In this document: positions 8,054 to 15,169 of the stretch, one piece after another | Layout: every line of letters begins with the position of its first letter | How positions within the stretch are numbered: position 1 is the first letter of the stretch | Assembly: GCA_036170245.1 (NCBI GenBank) | Contig: JAVHOV010000008.1 | Span: 1 to 15,280 of the forward strand | Direction: 5' to 3' | Source of the DNA: an archaeon | GTDB lineage: Archaea > Iainarchaeota > Iainarchaeia > Iainarchaeales > JAAZKV01 | DNA length: 15,280 nt | Notes under the pieces: generated by a model | What the model was told of the DNA's origin: nothing | Seen by the model: only the letters and a program-made list of their open reading frames with translations | Database searches by the model: none | Translations under genes and position numbers: made by a program

Positions 8054-8257
8054 TTGCAAAAAAAAGCAAAAACTTTGTATAGAGCTACTGATAAAAAAAT
8101 ATTGGCAGGAGTTTTAGCAGGAATTGCAGAGTACTTTAATTATGATCCAACTCTTGTAAGATTGTTGTTTGTATTGTTAGTGATAGTAACAGGAATAATA
8201 CCAGGAGTGTTAGTTTACATACTGGCTGCACTTGTAATGCCAAAGAAGGCTTATTAG
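8054..8257 (+). CDS. pspC: PspC domain membrane protein (true start probably ATG 7987 with a frameshift, see findings)
   Basis: LYR..DKKILAGVLAGIAEYFNYDPTLVRLLFV...YILAALVMP is the PspC signature. Confidence 0.9.
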   Translation: MQKKAKTLYRATDKKILAGVLAGIAEYFNYDPTLVRLLFVLLVIVTGIIPGVLVYILAALVMPKKAY

Positions 8258-8277
8258 TTTTTTTTTAGAGTAAAAAT

Positions 8278-8290
8278 GAAACTTTTAAAG
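8278..8290 (+). promoter_or_regulatory. BRE/TATA-like promoter of tRNA-Asp
   Basis: GAAACTTTTAAAG about 55 nt upstream of the mature tRNA 5' end. Confidence 0.45.
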
Positions 8291-8345
8291 ACTTCCCATA
8301 GTGAATATTTCTATTGAAGAAGCCAAGCTTCTTTAGTAGAAGGAT

Positions 8346-8418
8346 GCCTTGTTCGTCCAGTGGTCTAGGATTCGCCCCTGTCACGGGCGAGACCCGGGTT
8401 CGAATCCCGGATAAGGCG
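8346..8418 (+). tRNA. tRNA-Asp (anticodon GTC), intronless, CCA not encoded
   Basis: Acceptor GCCTTGT/ATAAGGC, D arm GTCC/GGAT, anticodon arm CGCCC-CTGTCAC-GGGCG (GTC at 8380-8382), 4-nt variable loop AGAC, T arm CCGGG-TTCGAAT-CCCGG, discriminator G8418, followed by CTT. Confidence 0.97.
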
Positions 8419-8436
8419 CTTCTATCTCTATTTGTT

Positions 8437-8464
8437 GGACTAAAAAATCATTGTTTTTTGGTCC
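8437..8464. terminator. Hairpin between convergent tRNA-Asp and PPC gene, possibly a bidirectional terminator
   Basis: GGACTAAAAAA / TTTTTTGGTCC (one G-U pair), 6-nt loop, flanked by A and T runs. Confidence 0.4.
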
Positions 8465-8592
8465 TGAAAAAAATTTCTTTTGCCTGATATGTTATTTTTT
8501 TGTTCAAAAAAGCAGAAAAACCAAATGAACTCTATTTTAATAAGAAGACAAAATTTTTTAAAAAAAGAAAAAAAGTTAATTGAAGCAAAGTT

Positions 8593-8973
8593 TTATGCTT
8601 CAATCATTTTCTTCATATCTACTTTTCTTACTACAATTTGTAAAGAACCAGCTGCTTTTCCGTTTAATAATTCTCCTGAGATTGGAGTGAATCCAGAGCT
8701 TGAAACTAAAGCATTCATCTTTAGTCTTACTTCTCCGCCCTTAATATCAATTTTTCCGCTTAAAGCATTAACTTCAAATTCTCTTTTATAATTAACTTTT
8801 TCTACAGTTCCTCTTTGTCCGTGAGAGATTATATCAAAGTGCTTTATTGCACCTTTTGCAGAAACAATCATCCCATAAGTAATTTCGTTTTCTTTAGAAA
8901 ACTTTTCAAGAGCCGGAAATATCTCTTCATTATCTTCAAGTATTACTGTATAATTAGTACCCATTTTCACCAC
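8593..8973 (-). CDS. PPC/DUF296 domain protein, degenerate
   Basis: L...EEI..AL..F.KEN.I..G.I.SA.GAI and FEVNALSGKI match the PPC fold pattern; the usual HxH and GGHL motifs read KMN and SGEL. Start is GTG 8973 or ATG 8964. Confidence 0.75.
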   Translation of the reverse strand: MVKMGTNYTVILEDNEEIFPALEKFSKENEITYGMIVSAKGAIKHFDIISHGQRGTVEKVNYKREFEVNALSGKIDIKGGEVRLKMNALVSSSGFTPISGELLNGKAAGSLQIVVRKVDMKKMIEA

Positions 8974-9042
8974 TATGAACTAATCTATTAAAGAACTATT
9001 TAAATAACTTGACTTTTGGTCCGTAAAGAGCCTGTTTAATGG

Positions 9043-9627
9043 CTAATTTGTGCTAATTGAGTGATAAGTTTGGACTGATAGTTCTCCTTTTTTCCATTCA
9101 TTTTTATCAAGGCCAGCTTTTTGACATAAATAGGAAAGAAAATCCTCTTTCTTTGAGATTTCTTCCCAAACTGAAGGGAGGAAAGTTGCTGATTGACATC
9201 CTTTTGATAAAATCAAACCATCCTTTTTTGTAATTTTTTTTAGTAAATCTTTTGAATCAAGGTAATCCAATTTTTTTGGATCAGTTAAAATCGAAACTTC
9301 TATTTCTAAATAATTGAATTCACTTTCTTCAAGCTGTAAAAAACGCGGGTCGTTGAATGCAGCAGAATAAGCATTTTTTATAATTCCTTTATAGAGCTCC
9401 TTATAAGGAACTAAGTTTCCAATACAGCCCCTTAAGTTATTATTAATTTTTAGGGTGACAAAACATGCTTTTTTCAGAAACAATTTTTCAGGAACAAATT
9501 TCAGTTCATCTTTGCTTAATTTTAGTAAGACTTCATTTTTCAAAGCATATTCAATTGATTTTTTTGCAAGTTCAACGCAAATTTTTTTCTCCTTTAAATT
9601 AAGTGAAAATTCTTTTTCTTCATCCAT
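9043..9627 (-). CDS. amrA: AMMECR1-domain protein (AmmeMemoRadiSam system protein A)
   Basis: ACFVTL, LRGCIG, AAFNDPRF, IEVSILT, GLIL, ATFLPSVW, LCQKAG. Confidence 0.95.
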   Translation of the reverse strand: MDEEKEFSLNLKEKKICVELAKKSIEYALKNEVLLKLSKDELKFVPEKLFLKKACFVTLKINNNLRGCIGNLVPYKELYKGIIKNAYSAAFNDPRFLQLEESEFNYLEIEVSILTDPKKLDYLDSKDLLKKITKKDGLILSKGCQSATFLPSVWEEISKKEDFLSYLCQKAGLDKNEWKKGELSVQTYHSISTN

Positions 9628-9645
9628 CCTTTTTCCTCTTATTTT

Positions 9646-10434
9646 TTAGAACTTTTCTTTTTCAATAAAAGCAATTGAAGTGTATCCTACAACACTGTTT
9701 TTGTCTCCTTTGGTATCTCCTGAATTTTTATAATCTAAAAGAATGGGCTTCCAGTTATTCTTCTTTGCAAGAATAATTAGTGCCCCTATCCCGATTTTCC
9801 CGCAAGCATCCGCTTCCAAATTAAATTTTTCAAAATCAAGATCAAGAATTAATTTGATTGTATTTGAGTCAGTTTTCTTTGCAATATCATAAGAAAGATA
9901 ATGACTCAAGTCAGAACTTGCAACTAAAACAGAATCCTCATTTTTTTCAGTATTAATAATATCTGCAAGTTCCTCAGAAGATATGTCTCCATAAAGAATA
10001 GGGGTAATTGTTAATTTTGAACTTGAAATAACTGTCTCTAAAAATGGTAATTGTACTTCAAGAGAATGCTCTTTATCGTTTAGGATTATTGGCAAGTCTG
10101 CAGAATTAATTTTTGTTTTTCCTAAAGGGGTAATCCAAGTTCCGCTAAAACCAAAAGCACCTTCTAAATATGCGTAGTGGGAGGGGCCGAAAAGAATTAT
10201 GTTTTCTTTTTTACTTTCTTTAAGCAGACTATACCCAATACCCGCAACAATTCCTGAATAAATATACCCTGCGTGCGGAACAATTAATGCTTTTAGTTTT
10301 CCGTTTATTTTTTTTGAATCAAATTTATTTTTTAAAAAAGAATTAATCATTTTTTTTAATTCAGTTTCATCTTTAGGGTAAAAAGATCCTGCATAATTTG
10401 CATCTCTTTCGTTTTCTTTTTCAATGGTATTCAT
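9646..10434 (-). CDS. amrB: MEMO1-family protein (AmmeMemoRadiSam system protein B)
   Basis: AGSFYP, IVPHAGYIYSG, GPSH, TPLG, EHSLEVQLPFL, ASSDLSHY, ACG, NSGD, VVGY. The start overlaps the amrS stop (ATGA, 10431-10434). Confidence 0.95.
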   Translation of the reverse strand: MNTIEKENERDANYAGSFYPKDETELKKMINSFLKNKFDSKKINGKLKALIVPHAGYIYSGIVAGIGYSLLKESKKENIILFGPSHYAYLEGAFGFSGTWITPLGKTKINSADLPIILNDKEHSLEVQLPFLETVISSSKLTITPILYGDISSEELADIINTEKNEDSVLVASSDLSHYLSYDIAKKTDSNTIKLILDLDFEKFNLEADACGKIGIGALIILAKKNNWKPILLDYKNSGDTKGDKNSVVGYTSIAFIEKEKF

Positions 10435-11471
10435 TCAAAAGTCCCCTCCAATTTTCTGCCACAATTAGTGCATTTTCCTTTAGTTAAACCAATTATTTTA
10501 GCACTAAAACCAGTTCTTTCAATCAGAAGAGAGTGACACTTTGGGCAATAGGTGTTTGAGTCCTTGTTTGGCTTATTTAAGTTTCCGCCATAAACAAAAT
10601 TCAATCCTTTTTCCTTTCCAATTTTAACTGCATCAAGAACTTCTTTCTCGCTTGTTGCACGTTCATTTTGCATTTCGTGCATTGGGAAAAAAGCACTCAC
10701 GTGCCAGGGGATATTTTTGTCCAAATCATAAATCCATTCTGCGATTTGGTTAAGTTCTTTGACTGAATTATTTTTATCAGCAATAATTAAAGTGGTTAAT
10801 TCAACCCAAATTCCTTTTTTATGCATCTCTTTAATACAATTGAGAACTCCTTCAAGTTCCCCTCCGCAAATATTTCTGTAAAATTTTTCGTCAAATGATT
10901 TTAGATCAATATTAATTGCATCAAGCTTAGTTGATTTTTTTGTAAGTTCTTTAATCTGTTCCGTACTTAAGTAGCCATTACTTACATAAACCGTTTTGAG
11001 TTTATTTTTTCCCTTAATTTTTTTTGCTTCTCTAATAGCTTCCAAATTATATTCAACATTTATGGAAGGCTCGTTATAAGTAAAAGAAATACTTTTTGCA
11101 CCCTCATTAACTGCTGATGTTACAAATTCTTTTGGAGTCACTGAGTTCAAGTAATTTACACTCTCTTCAAGTGCTCTGCCTTTTGTAGTGCTAATATCAC
11201 TGTTCTGGCAGAAACTGCATTTGAAATTGCATCCAAAAAAACCAATGCTTAAAGTTTCACTGTTTGGTAAAAAGTGGTAAAGAGGTTTTTTTTCGATTGG
11301 ATCTAAATTAACTGAACAGGGTCTTGAATGCGTTAGAAGAATTATTTTTCCGTTAATGTTTTTCCTTGCTCCGCAAAGCCCAAAAGAATTAAGGGGAATA
11401 ATACAATAATGTCGGCATGCCAAGCATTTTACTAAATCAGAATCTTTTTTTATTTTTTTATAAAATTGCAT
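10431..11471 (-). CDS. amrS: AmmeMemoRadiSam system radical SAM enzyme
   Basis: N-terminal CxxCxxxC...GxCxxR, DPIEKKPLYHF, radical SAM CNFKCSFCQN, FTYNEP, NIDLKSF, ELTTL, PWHVSAFFP, C-terminal CPKC...CTNC. Confidence 0.96.
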   Translation of the reverse strand: MQFYKKIKKDSDLVKCLACRHYCIIPLNSFGLCGARKNINGKIILLTHSRPCSVNLDPIEKKPLYHFLPNSETLSIGFFGCNFKCSFCQNSDISTTKGRALEESVNYLNSVTPKEFVTSAVNEGAKSISFTYNEPSINVEYNLEAIREAKKIKGKNKLKTVYVSNGYLSTEQIKELTKKSTKLDAINIDLKSFDEKFYRNICGGELEGVLNCIKEMHKKGIWVELTTLIIADKNNSVKELNQIAEWIYDLDKNIPWHVSAFFPMHEMQNERATSEKEVLDAVKIGKEKGLNFVYGGNLNKPNKDSNTYCPKCHSLLIERTGFSAKIIGLTKGKCTNCGRKLEGTFE

Positions 11472-11520
11472 TCAATGTAATATACGGCGCTTTTCGTTTA
11501 AACTTATTGGTTTAGTGGAA

Positions 11521-11542
11521 TATGCTACTTTTTTGCAGCATA
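11521..11542 (-). terminator. Hairpin downstream of the small coiled-coil ORF
   Basis: On the minus strand TATGCTGC-AAAAAA-GTAGCATA (8 bp including one G-U); no strong U tract follows. Confidence 0.35.
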
Positions 11543-11557
11543 CTCTCACAATAAAAA

Positions 11558-11821
11558 TTAGTTTTCCCAAGGAGCTCTTTCGTTACTGTCAGAAATTACT
11601 CTTGCTCTTGCGTGTTCAGATTCAGTCTTTCTGTACTTTGATCGCATGTTTCTAATAACACCATCAATGTCAGCAATATCTCCCTTTAGAGAGTCTTCTT
11701 CACCAGGGGTCAGTAAATTCAATTTCTTTCTTCGTTCAAGTATTTTCTCAAGGTTGACCTTTTCTCTTAGGGCCTTCTCGTACTCATACTTCAATTCATC
11801 TACTTCATTCATTCCTGACAT
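11558..11821 (-). CDS. Small hypothetical coiled-coil protein
   Basis: 87 aa, charged and heptad-like; AGGTGG RBS about 8 nt before the ATG; codon usage like neighbouring genes. Confidence 0.7.
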   Translation of the reverse strand: MSGMNEVDELKYEYEKALREKVNLEKILERRKKLNLLTPGEEDSLKGDIADIDGVIRNMRSKYRKTESEHARARVISDSNERAPWEN

Positions 11822-11972
11822 AATCCATCCACCTGCCGATTGTGACTTGTTACTATCTAGTAGTCTAAACTCTTTAAAAATCCATTATTTTGAGGGAGGG
11901 GGTGTTTTTTTGGAAGAAAAAAGTGTTTTTTTTATGATAAATTATAAATATAGATATGAGTTTATTTTATTC

Positions 11973-13196
11973 ATGTTTAAATCAAATTTTCTTGTTTTGA
12001 TTAATAAAAAGCACTTTCTGGACCATTTTGGAAAAAAATCTTCTGCACAGGGAACTGTTGAATATTTAGTTATCATTTCAGTGGTTGTTGTTTTGGCTTT
12101 GATTGTCGTTGGTTTGCTGATTAATCAGACTGCTTCTGTTTCTGATGTTTCCGCCACTTCTGGTGAGATTGGGTCCAAGGTTGGTGTTAGCGGGATTAGT
12201 CTAGGTTCTTCTGTTGCTGGAATTGACGGAAATGGTTTAATGATAATTAAAAATAATACTGGAGAGAATTTGACTTTGACCAAAGTTATTATAGATGGGG
12301 TGAATCATAGTTTTTCTGAGCAAATTGTTGCAGGGGATGAAAAGGATCTTAAGTTACATAACATTGCAGCTTGTGATTCAAGTAACAAAAGTAAATCTTA
12401 TTCAGTAAAAATTGAATATGTAAGCAGTTCTGGATTAATTAAAACCTCAGACTTTAAAACAATAACAATAGACTGCACAAACATTGTAACCTCTGCAAGA
12501 ACTTCTGTTGAAGAGGATAGAACATTAATATGGCGTGACGGAAATGCATTAAGCTTTGACGGAGCTGACGACAGAGTTAGTGTAACTGGATTATCTTCTG
12601 CATTTACTACTGAAGCAACTTTTAATGCGTGGGTGCGGCTTAATAGATTCCCTAATGGGAGTAGCCAATCAGGGTTTGTTTCGTTGAGTGTAGGTAGTCC
12701 ATATACTCACTACCCTTATATTGATCACGCAATTTATTCTAAAATATTTAGAGCCAATAGAGTGCCTTTTAGTGATAATGGATTTGATTTTACCCAATGG
12801 CATATGATTACAGTCACCACAAAACCTGGCGACAACGGGTATGTTGTTTACCAAAATGGTACTCTGATTTACTCGACAACAGGGGAATCAACTGTTTCAT
12901 TACCTTCAACCATAAAATTTGGTGAAAATTCAGGATCAGATAATCTTTATGGAATGATGGATGAAGTGACTTTATTTAATCGTACATTAAGTGCTGATGA
13001 GGTTTTGCAATTATATAATTCTGCGCAAGGGCTTTATGCTGATGAATCTGTTGTGCCTTTTAATTCTGGTTTGGTTGCAACATATCATTTTGATGAAGGT
13101 AGTGGTTCTGTTGCCATTGATTCTGCAGGAGATCATAATGGTACAATACAATATGGCCCCACTTATGTGGCTGGAAAAGTAGGGTACTATGAATAG
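11973..13196 (+). CDS. Class III signal peptide (archaeal pilin-like) surface protein with C-terminal LamG-like jellyroll domain
   Basis: KKSSA|QGTVEYLVIISVVVVLALIVVGLL is a prepilin-peptidase-type signal; LamG motifs GNALSFDG, FNAWV, WHMITV, YQNG, GMMDEVTLFNRTLSADEVLQLY, LVATYHFDEGSG. Start reassigned from 11646 to ATG 11973, which has TTATAAATA at 11942-11950 upstream. Confidence 0.85.
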   Translation: MFKSNFLVLINKKHFLDHFGKKSSAQGTVEYLVIISVVVVLALIVVGLLINQTASVSDVSATSGEIGSKVGVSGISLGSSVAGIDGNGLMIIKNNTGENLTLTKVIIDGVNHSFSEQIVAGDEKDLKLHNIAACDSSNKSKSYSVKIEYVSSSGLIKTSDFKTITIDCTNIVTSARTSVEEDRTLIWRDGNALSFDGADDRVSVTGLSSAFTTEATFNAWVRLNRFPNGSSQSGFVSLSVGSPYTHYPYIDHAIYSKIFRANRVPFSDNGFDFTQWHMITVTTKPGDNGYVVYQNGTLIYSTTGESTVSLPSTIKFGENSGSDNLYGMMDEVTLFNRTLSADEVLQLYNSAQGLYADESVVPFNSGLVATYHFDEGSGSVAIDSAGDHNGTIQYGPTYVAGKVGYYE

Positions 13197-13221
13197 ATTT
13201 TAGCAAGACTTTTTTGAAATC

Positions 13222-13246
13222 AACCATAAAGTTCTTTTTTATGGTT
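13222..13246 (+). terminator. Hairpin downstream of the pilin/LamG gene
   Basis: AACCATAAA (13222-13230) pairs with TTTATGGTT (13238-13246); AT-rich and therefore weak. Confidence 0.35.
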
Positions 13247-13268
13247 AGTTTGAAATTATCCAATCTCA

Positions 13269-13282
13269 GAAGCTTTTTAAAT
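13269..13282 (+). promoter_or_regulatory. BRE/TATA-like promoter of aspS
   Basis: GAAGCTTTTTAAAT about 30 nt upstream of ATG 13313. Confidence 0.45.
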
Positions 13283-13312
13283 TATCAGCAGAAATATATT
13301 TAGGTAATAAAG

Positions 13313-15079
13313 ATGAGAAGAACACACACTTGTGGGGAATTAACTACTTCTAATAACGGTGCAAAAGTTACTCTTGAAGGGTGGGCTGACACAGTAAGAA
13401 ACCATGGTAATATTACTTTTATAGATCTTAGAGACAGATACGGTATTACACAAATTGTAGTGGATGCAACAAAATCTGATGATATCGCTGCTGTTACAAA
13501 ATCAATAAGAAAAGAATTTGTTGTTCACATTGAAGGAACTGTTAGAGCAAGACCCGCTGGAACAGAAAAAAAAGATTTGCAAACAGGCGAAATAGAAATT
13601 GACACTGAAAAAATATTTGTAGTAAGTGTGGCACTTCCTCTGCCAATTGATTTGACTGGAAGAACAGAAACAAATGAAGATCTTGGATTGAAATACAGAT
13701 ACTTAGCATTAAGAGATCCTACTCTACAAAAAAATTTAGCAACAAGACACAAAATTACAAAAGCATTCAGAGAATTTTATGACAGTGAAGGGTTCTATGA
13801 AATAGAAACTCCCATAATGGCAAAAAGCACTCCTGAAGGTTCAAGAGATTATTTAGTTCCAAGCAGGGTTAACGCTGGAAAATTTTATGCACTTCCCCAA
13901 AGTCCACAATTATTTAAACAGTTATTGATGCTTTCTGGATTTGATAAGTATTACCAAGTTGCAAGATGCTTTAGAGATGAAGATTTAAGGGCAGATAGAC
14001 AGCCTGAATTTACACAAATTGATTGGGAAATGAGTTTTGTAGAAAGAGATGATTTATTAGATGTTGGAGAGAGAGCAATTCAAAAAGTAATGAAAGATGT
14101 TCTTGATGTTGATATTAAAGTTCCATTAAAGAGAATCGCGCACTCAGAAGCATTTCGAAGATATGGTGTTGATAAACCTGATACAAGATTTGGGATGGAA
14201 CTAATTGACTTAACTGATTTGCTTTCAAAAGGAGAATTTAACGCATTCAATTCTGCAGTTCAAAATGGCGGATTCATTAAAGCACTTAATATTGAAGGAA
14301 AAGCGGACTTCTCAAGAAAAGAAATCTCAGAACTAGAAGACTTTGTAAAAGTTTATGGTGCAAAAGGAATGGCTTACTTAAAAGTTGTTAACGGAAAGTT
14401 TGAAGGATCAATTGTGAAATTCTTTACACCAGTTGTTCTTGAAGAATTGATGAAGAGAACTAATGCAAAAGAAAACGATTTGATTGTAATAGTTGCGGAC
14501 AAATTTAAAGCAGTAAATGGGGCTCTTGGAAACATGAGAAACTTACTTGCAAAAAAATTAAACTTAGTAAAACCTAATACTTGGGATTTTTTATGGGTTG
14601 TAGATTTCCCTATGTTTGAAATTGATGAAGAAACAGGGAAATTAACTTACGCGCATAATCCTTTCTCAATGGTGAAAGAAGAACACATGCACTTAATTGA
14701 TTCTGATCCACTAAAAGCATTAAGTGGTTCATTTGATATGGTTCTAAATGGTAGCGAACTTGGAAGCGGATGCATTAGAATTACAAATCCAGATTTACAA
14801 AGAAAAGTATTCAAGATGATAGGAAATTCTGACGCTGATATAGATTTGAAATTCAGTTTCATACTTAATGCGTATAAATACGGGGCGCCAATCCATGGAG
14901 GATTTGCTTTCGGACTTGATAGACTAGCAATGATTATGGCAGGCGCAAGCAGTTTAAGAGAAGTTTTGGCATTTCCTAAAAACAAATCAGGAATTTCTTT
15001 AATGGATGATGCTCCAAGTATGGTAAGCGAAAAACAATTAAAAGAACTTCACATCGCTCTTGATATGCCTAAAGAATGA
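13313..15079 (+). CDS. aspS: Aspartate--tRNA ligase, bacterial type (GAD insertion), probably non-discriminating Asp/Asn
   Basis: 588 aa; RTHTCGEL, FIDLRDRYGITQ (OB fold), KYRYLALR, EIETP, STPEGSRDYLVPSR, ALPQSPQLFKQLLM, motif 2 FRDEDLRADRQPEFTQID, YGVDKPDTRF plus GAD domain, motif 3 HGGFAFGLDRL. Confidence 0.97.
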   Translation: MRRTHTCGELTTSNNGAKVTLEGWADTVRNHGNITFIDLRDRYGITQIVVDATKSDDIAAVTKSIRKEFVVHIEGTVRARPAGTEKKDLQTGEIEIDTEKIFVVSVALPLPIDLTGRTETNEDLGLKYRYLALRDPTLQKNLATRHKITKAFREFYDSEGFYEIETPIMAKSTPEGSRDYLVPSRVNAGKFYALPQSPQLFKQLLMLSGFDKYYQVARCFRDEDLRADRQPEFTQIDWEMSFVERDDLLDVGERAIQKVMKDVLDVDIKVPLKRIAHSEAFRRYGVDKPDTRFGMELIDLTDLLSKGEFNAFNSAVQNGGFIKALNIEGKADFSRKEISELEDFVKVYGAKGMAYLKVVNGKFEGSIVKFFTPVVLEELMKRTNAKENDLIVIVADKFKAVNGALGNMRNLLAKKLNLVKPNTWDFLWVVDFPMFEIDEETGKLTYAHNPFSMVKEEHMHLIDSDPLKALSGSFDMVLNGSELGSGCIRITNPDLQRKVFKMIGNSDADIDLKFSFILNAYKYGAPIHGGFAFGLDRLAMIMAGASSLREVLAFPKNKSGISLMDDAPSMVSEKQLKELHIALDMPKE

Positions 15080-15169
15080 ATTTAGCAGAGCCTAACTCTT
15101 TTGGATTTTTACTAATCAAAAACCAACTCTTAAATACACTTTGCTCCTGTTAGTTATAGTGAGTTTAAA

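Noticed and set aside
8346..8592. tRNA-Asp as integration site of an island carrying amrSBA
   Set aside because: I saw no duplicated tRNA 3' end, no integrase and no obvious compositional break in the window.
8480..8791. 103-aa plus-strand ORF
   Set aside because: Made of A-rich intergenic DNA plus the antisense of the PPC gene; no motif or RBS.
11646..11972. 109-codon N-terminal extension of the pilin/LamG ORF in the ORF track
   Set aside because: It overlaps the antisense 87-aa gene and AT-rich promoter DNA. The class III signal peptide must be near the N-terminus, so ATG 11973 is the sensible start.
19..14985. Other short alternative-frame/antisense ORFs in the track (19..207, 637..855, 867..1136, 1891..2139, 1929..2174, 2326..2553, 2602..2814, 3445..3672, 4870..5076, 4989..5261, 6909..7127, 9455..9649, 12669..12854, 12991..13182, 13060..13263, 13525..13752, 14647..14985)
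   Set aside because: Shadow ORFs overlapping better-supported genes, with no recognisable motifs.
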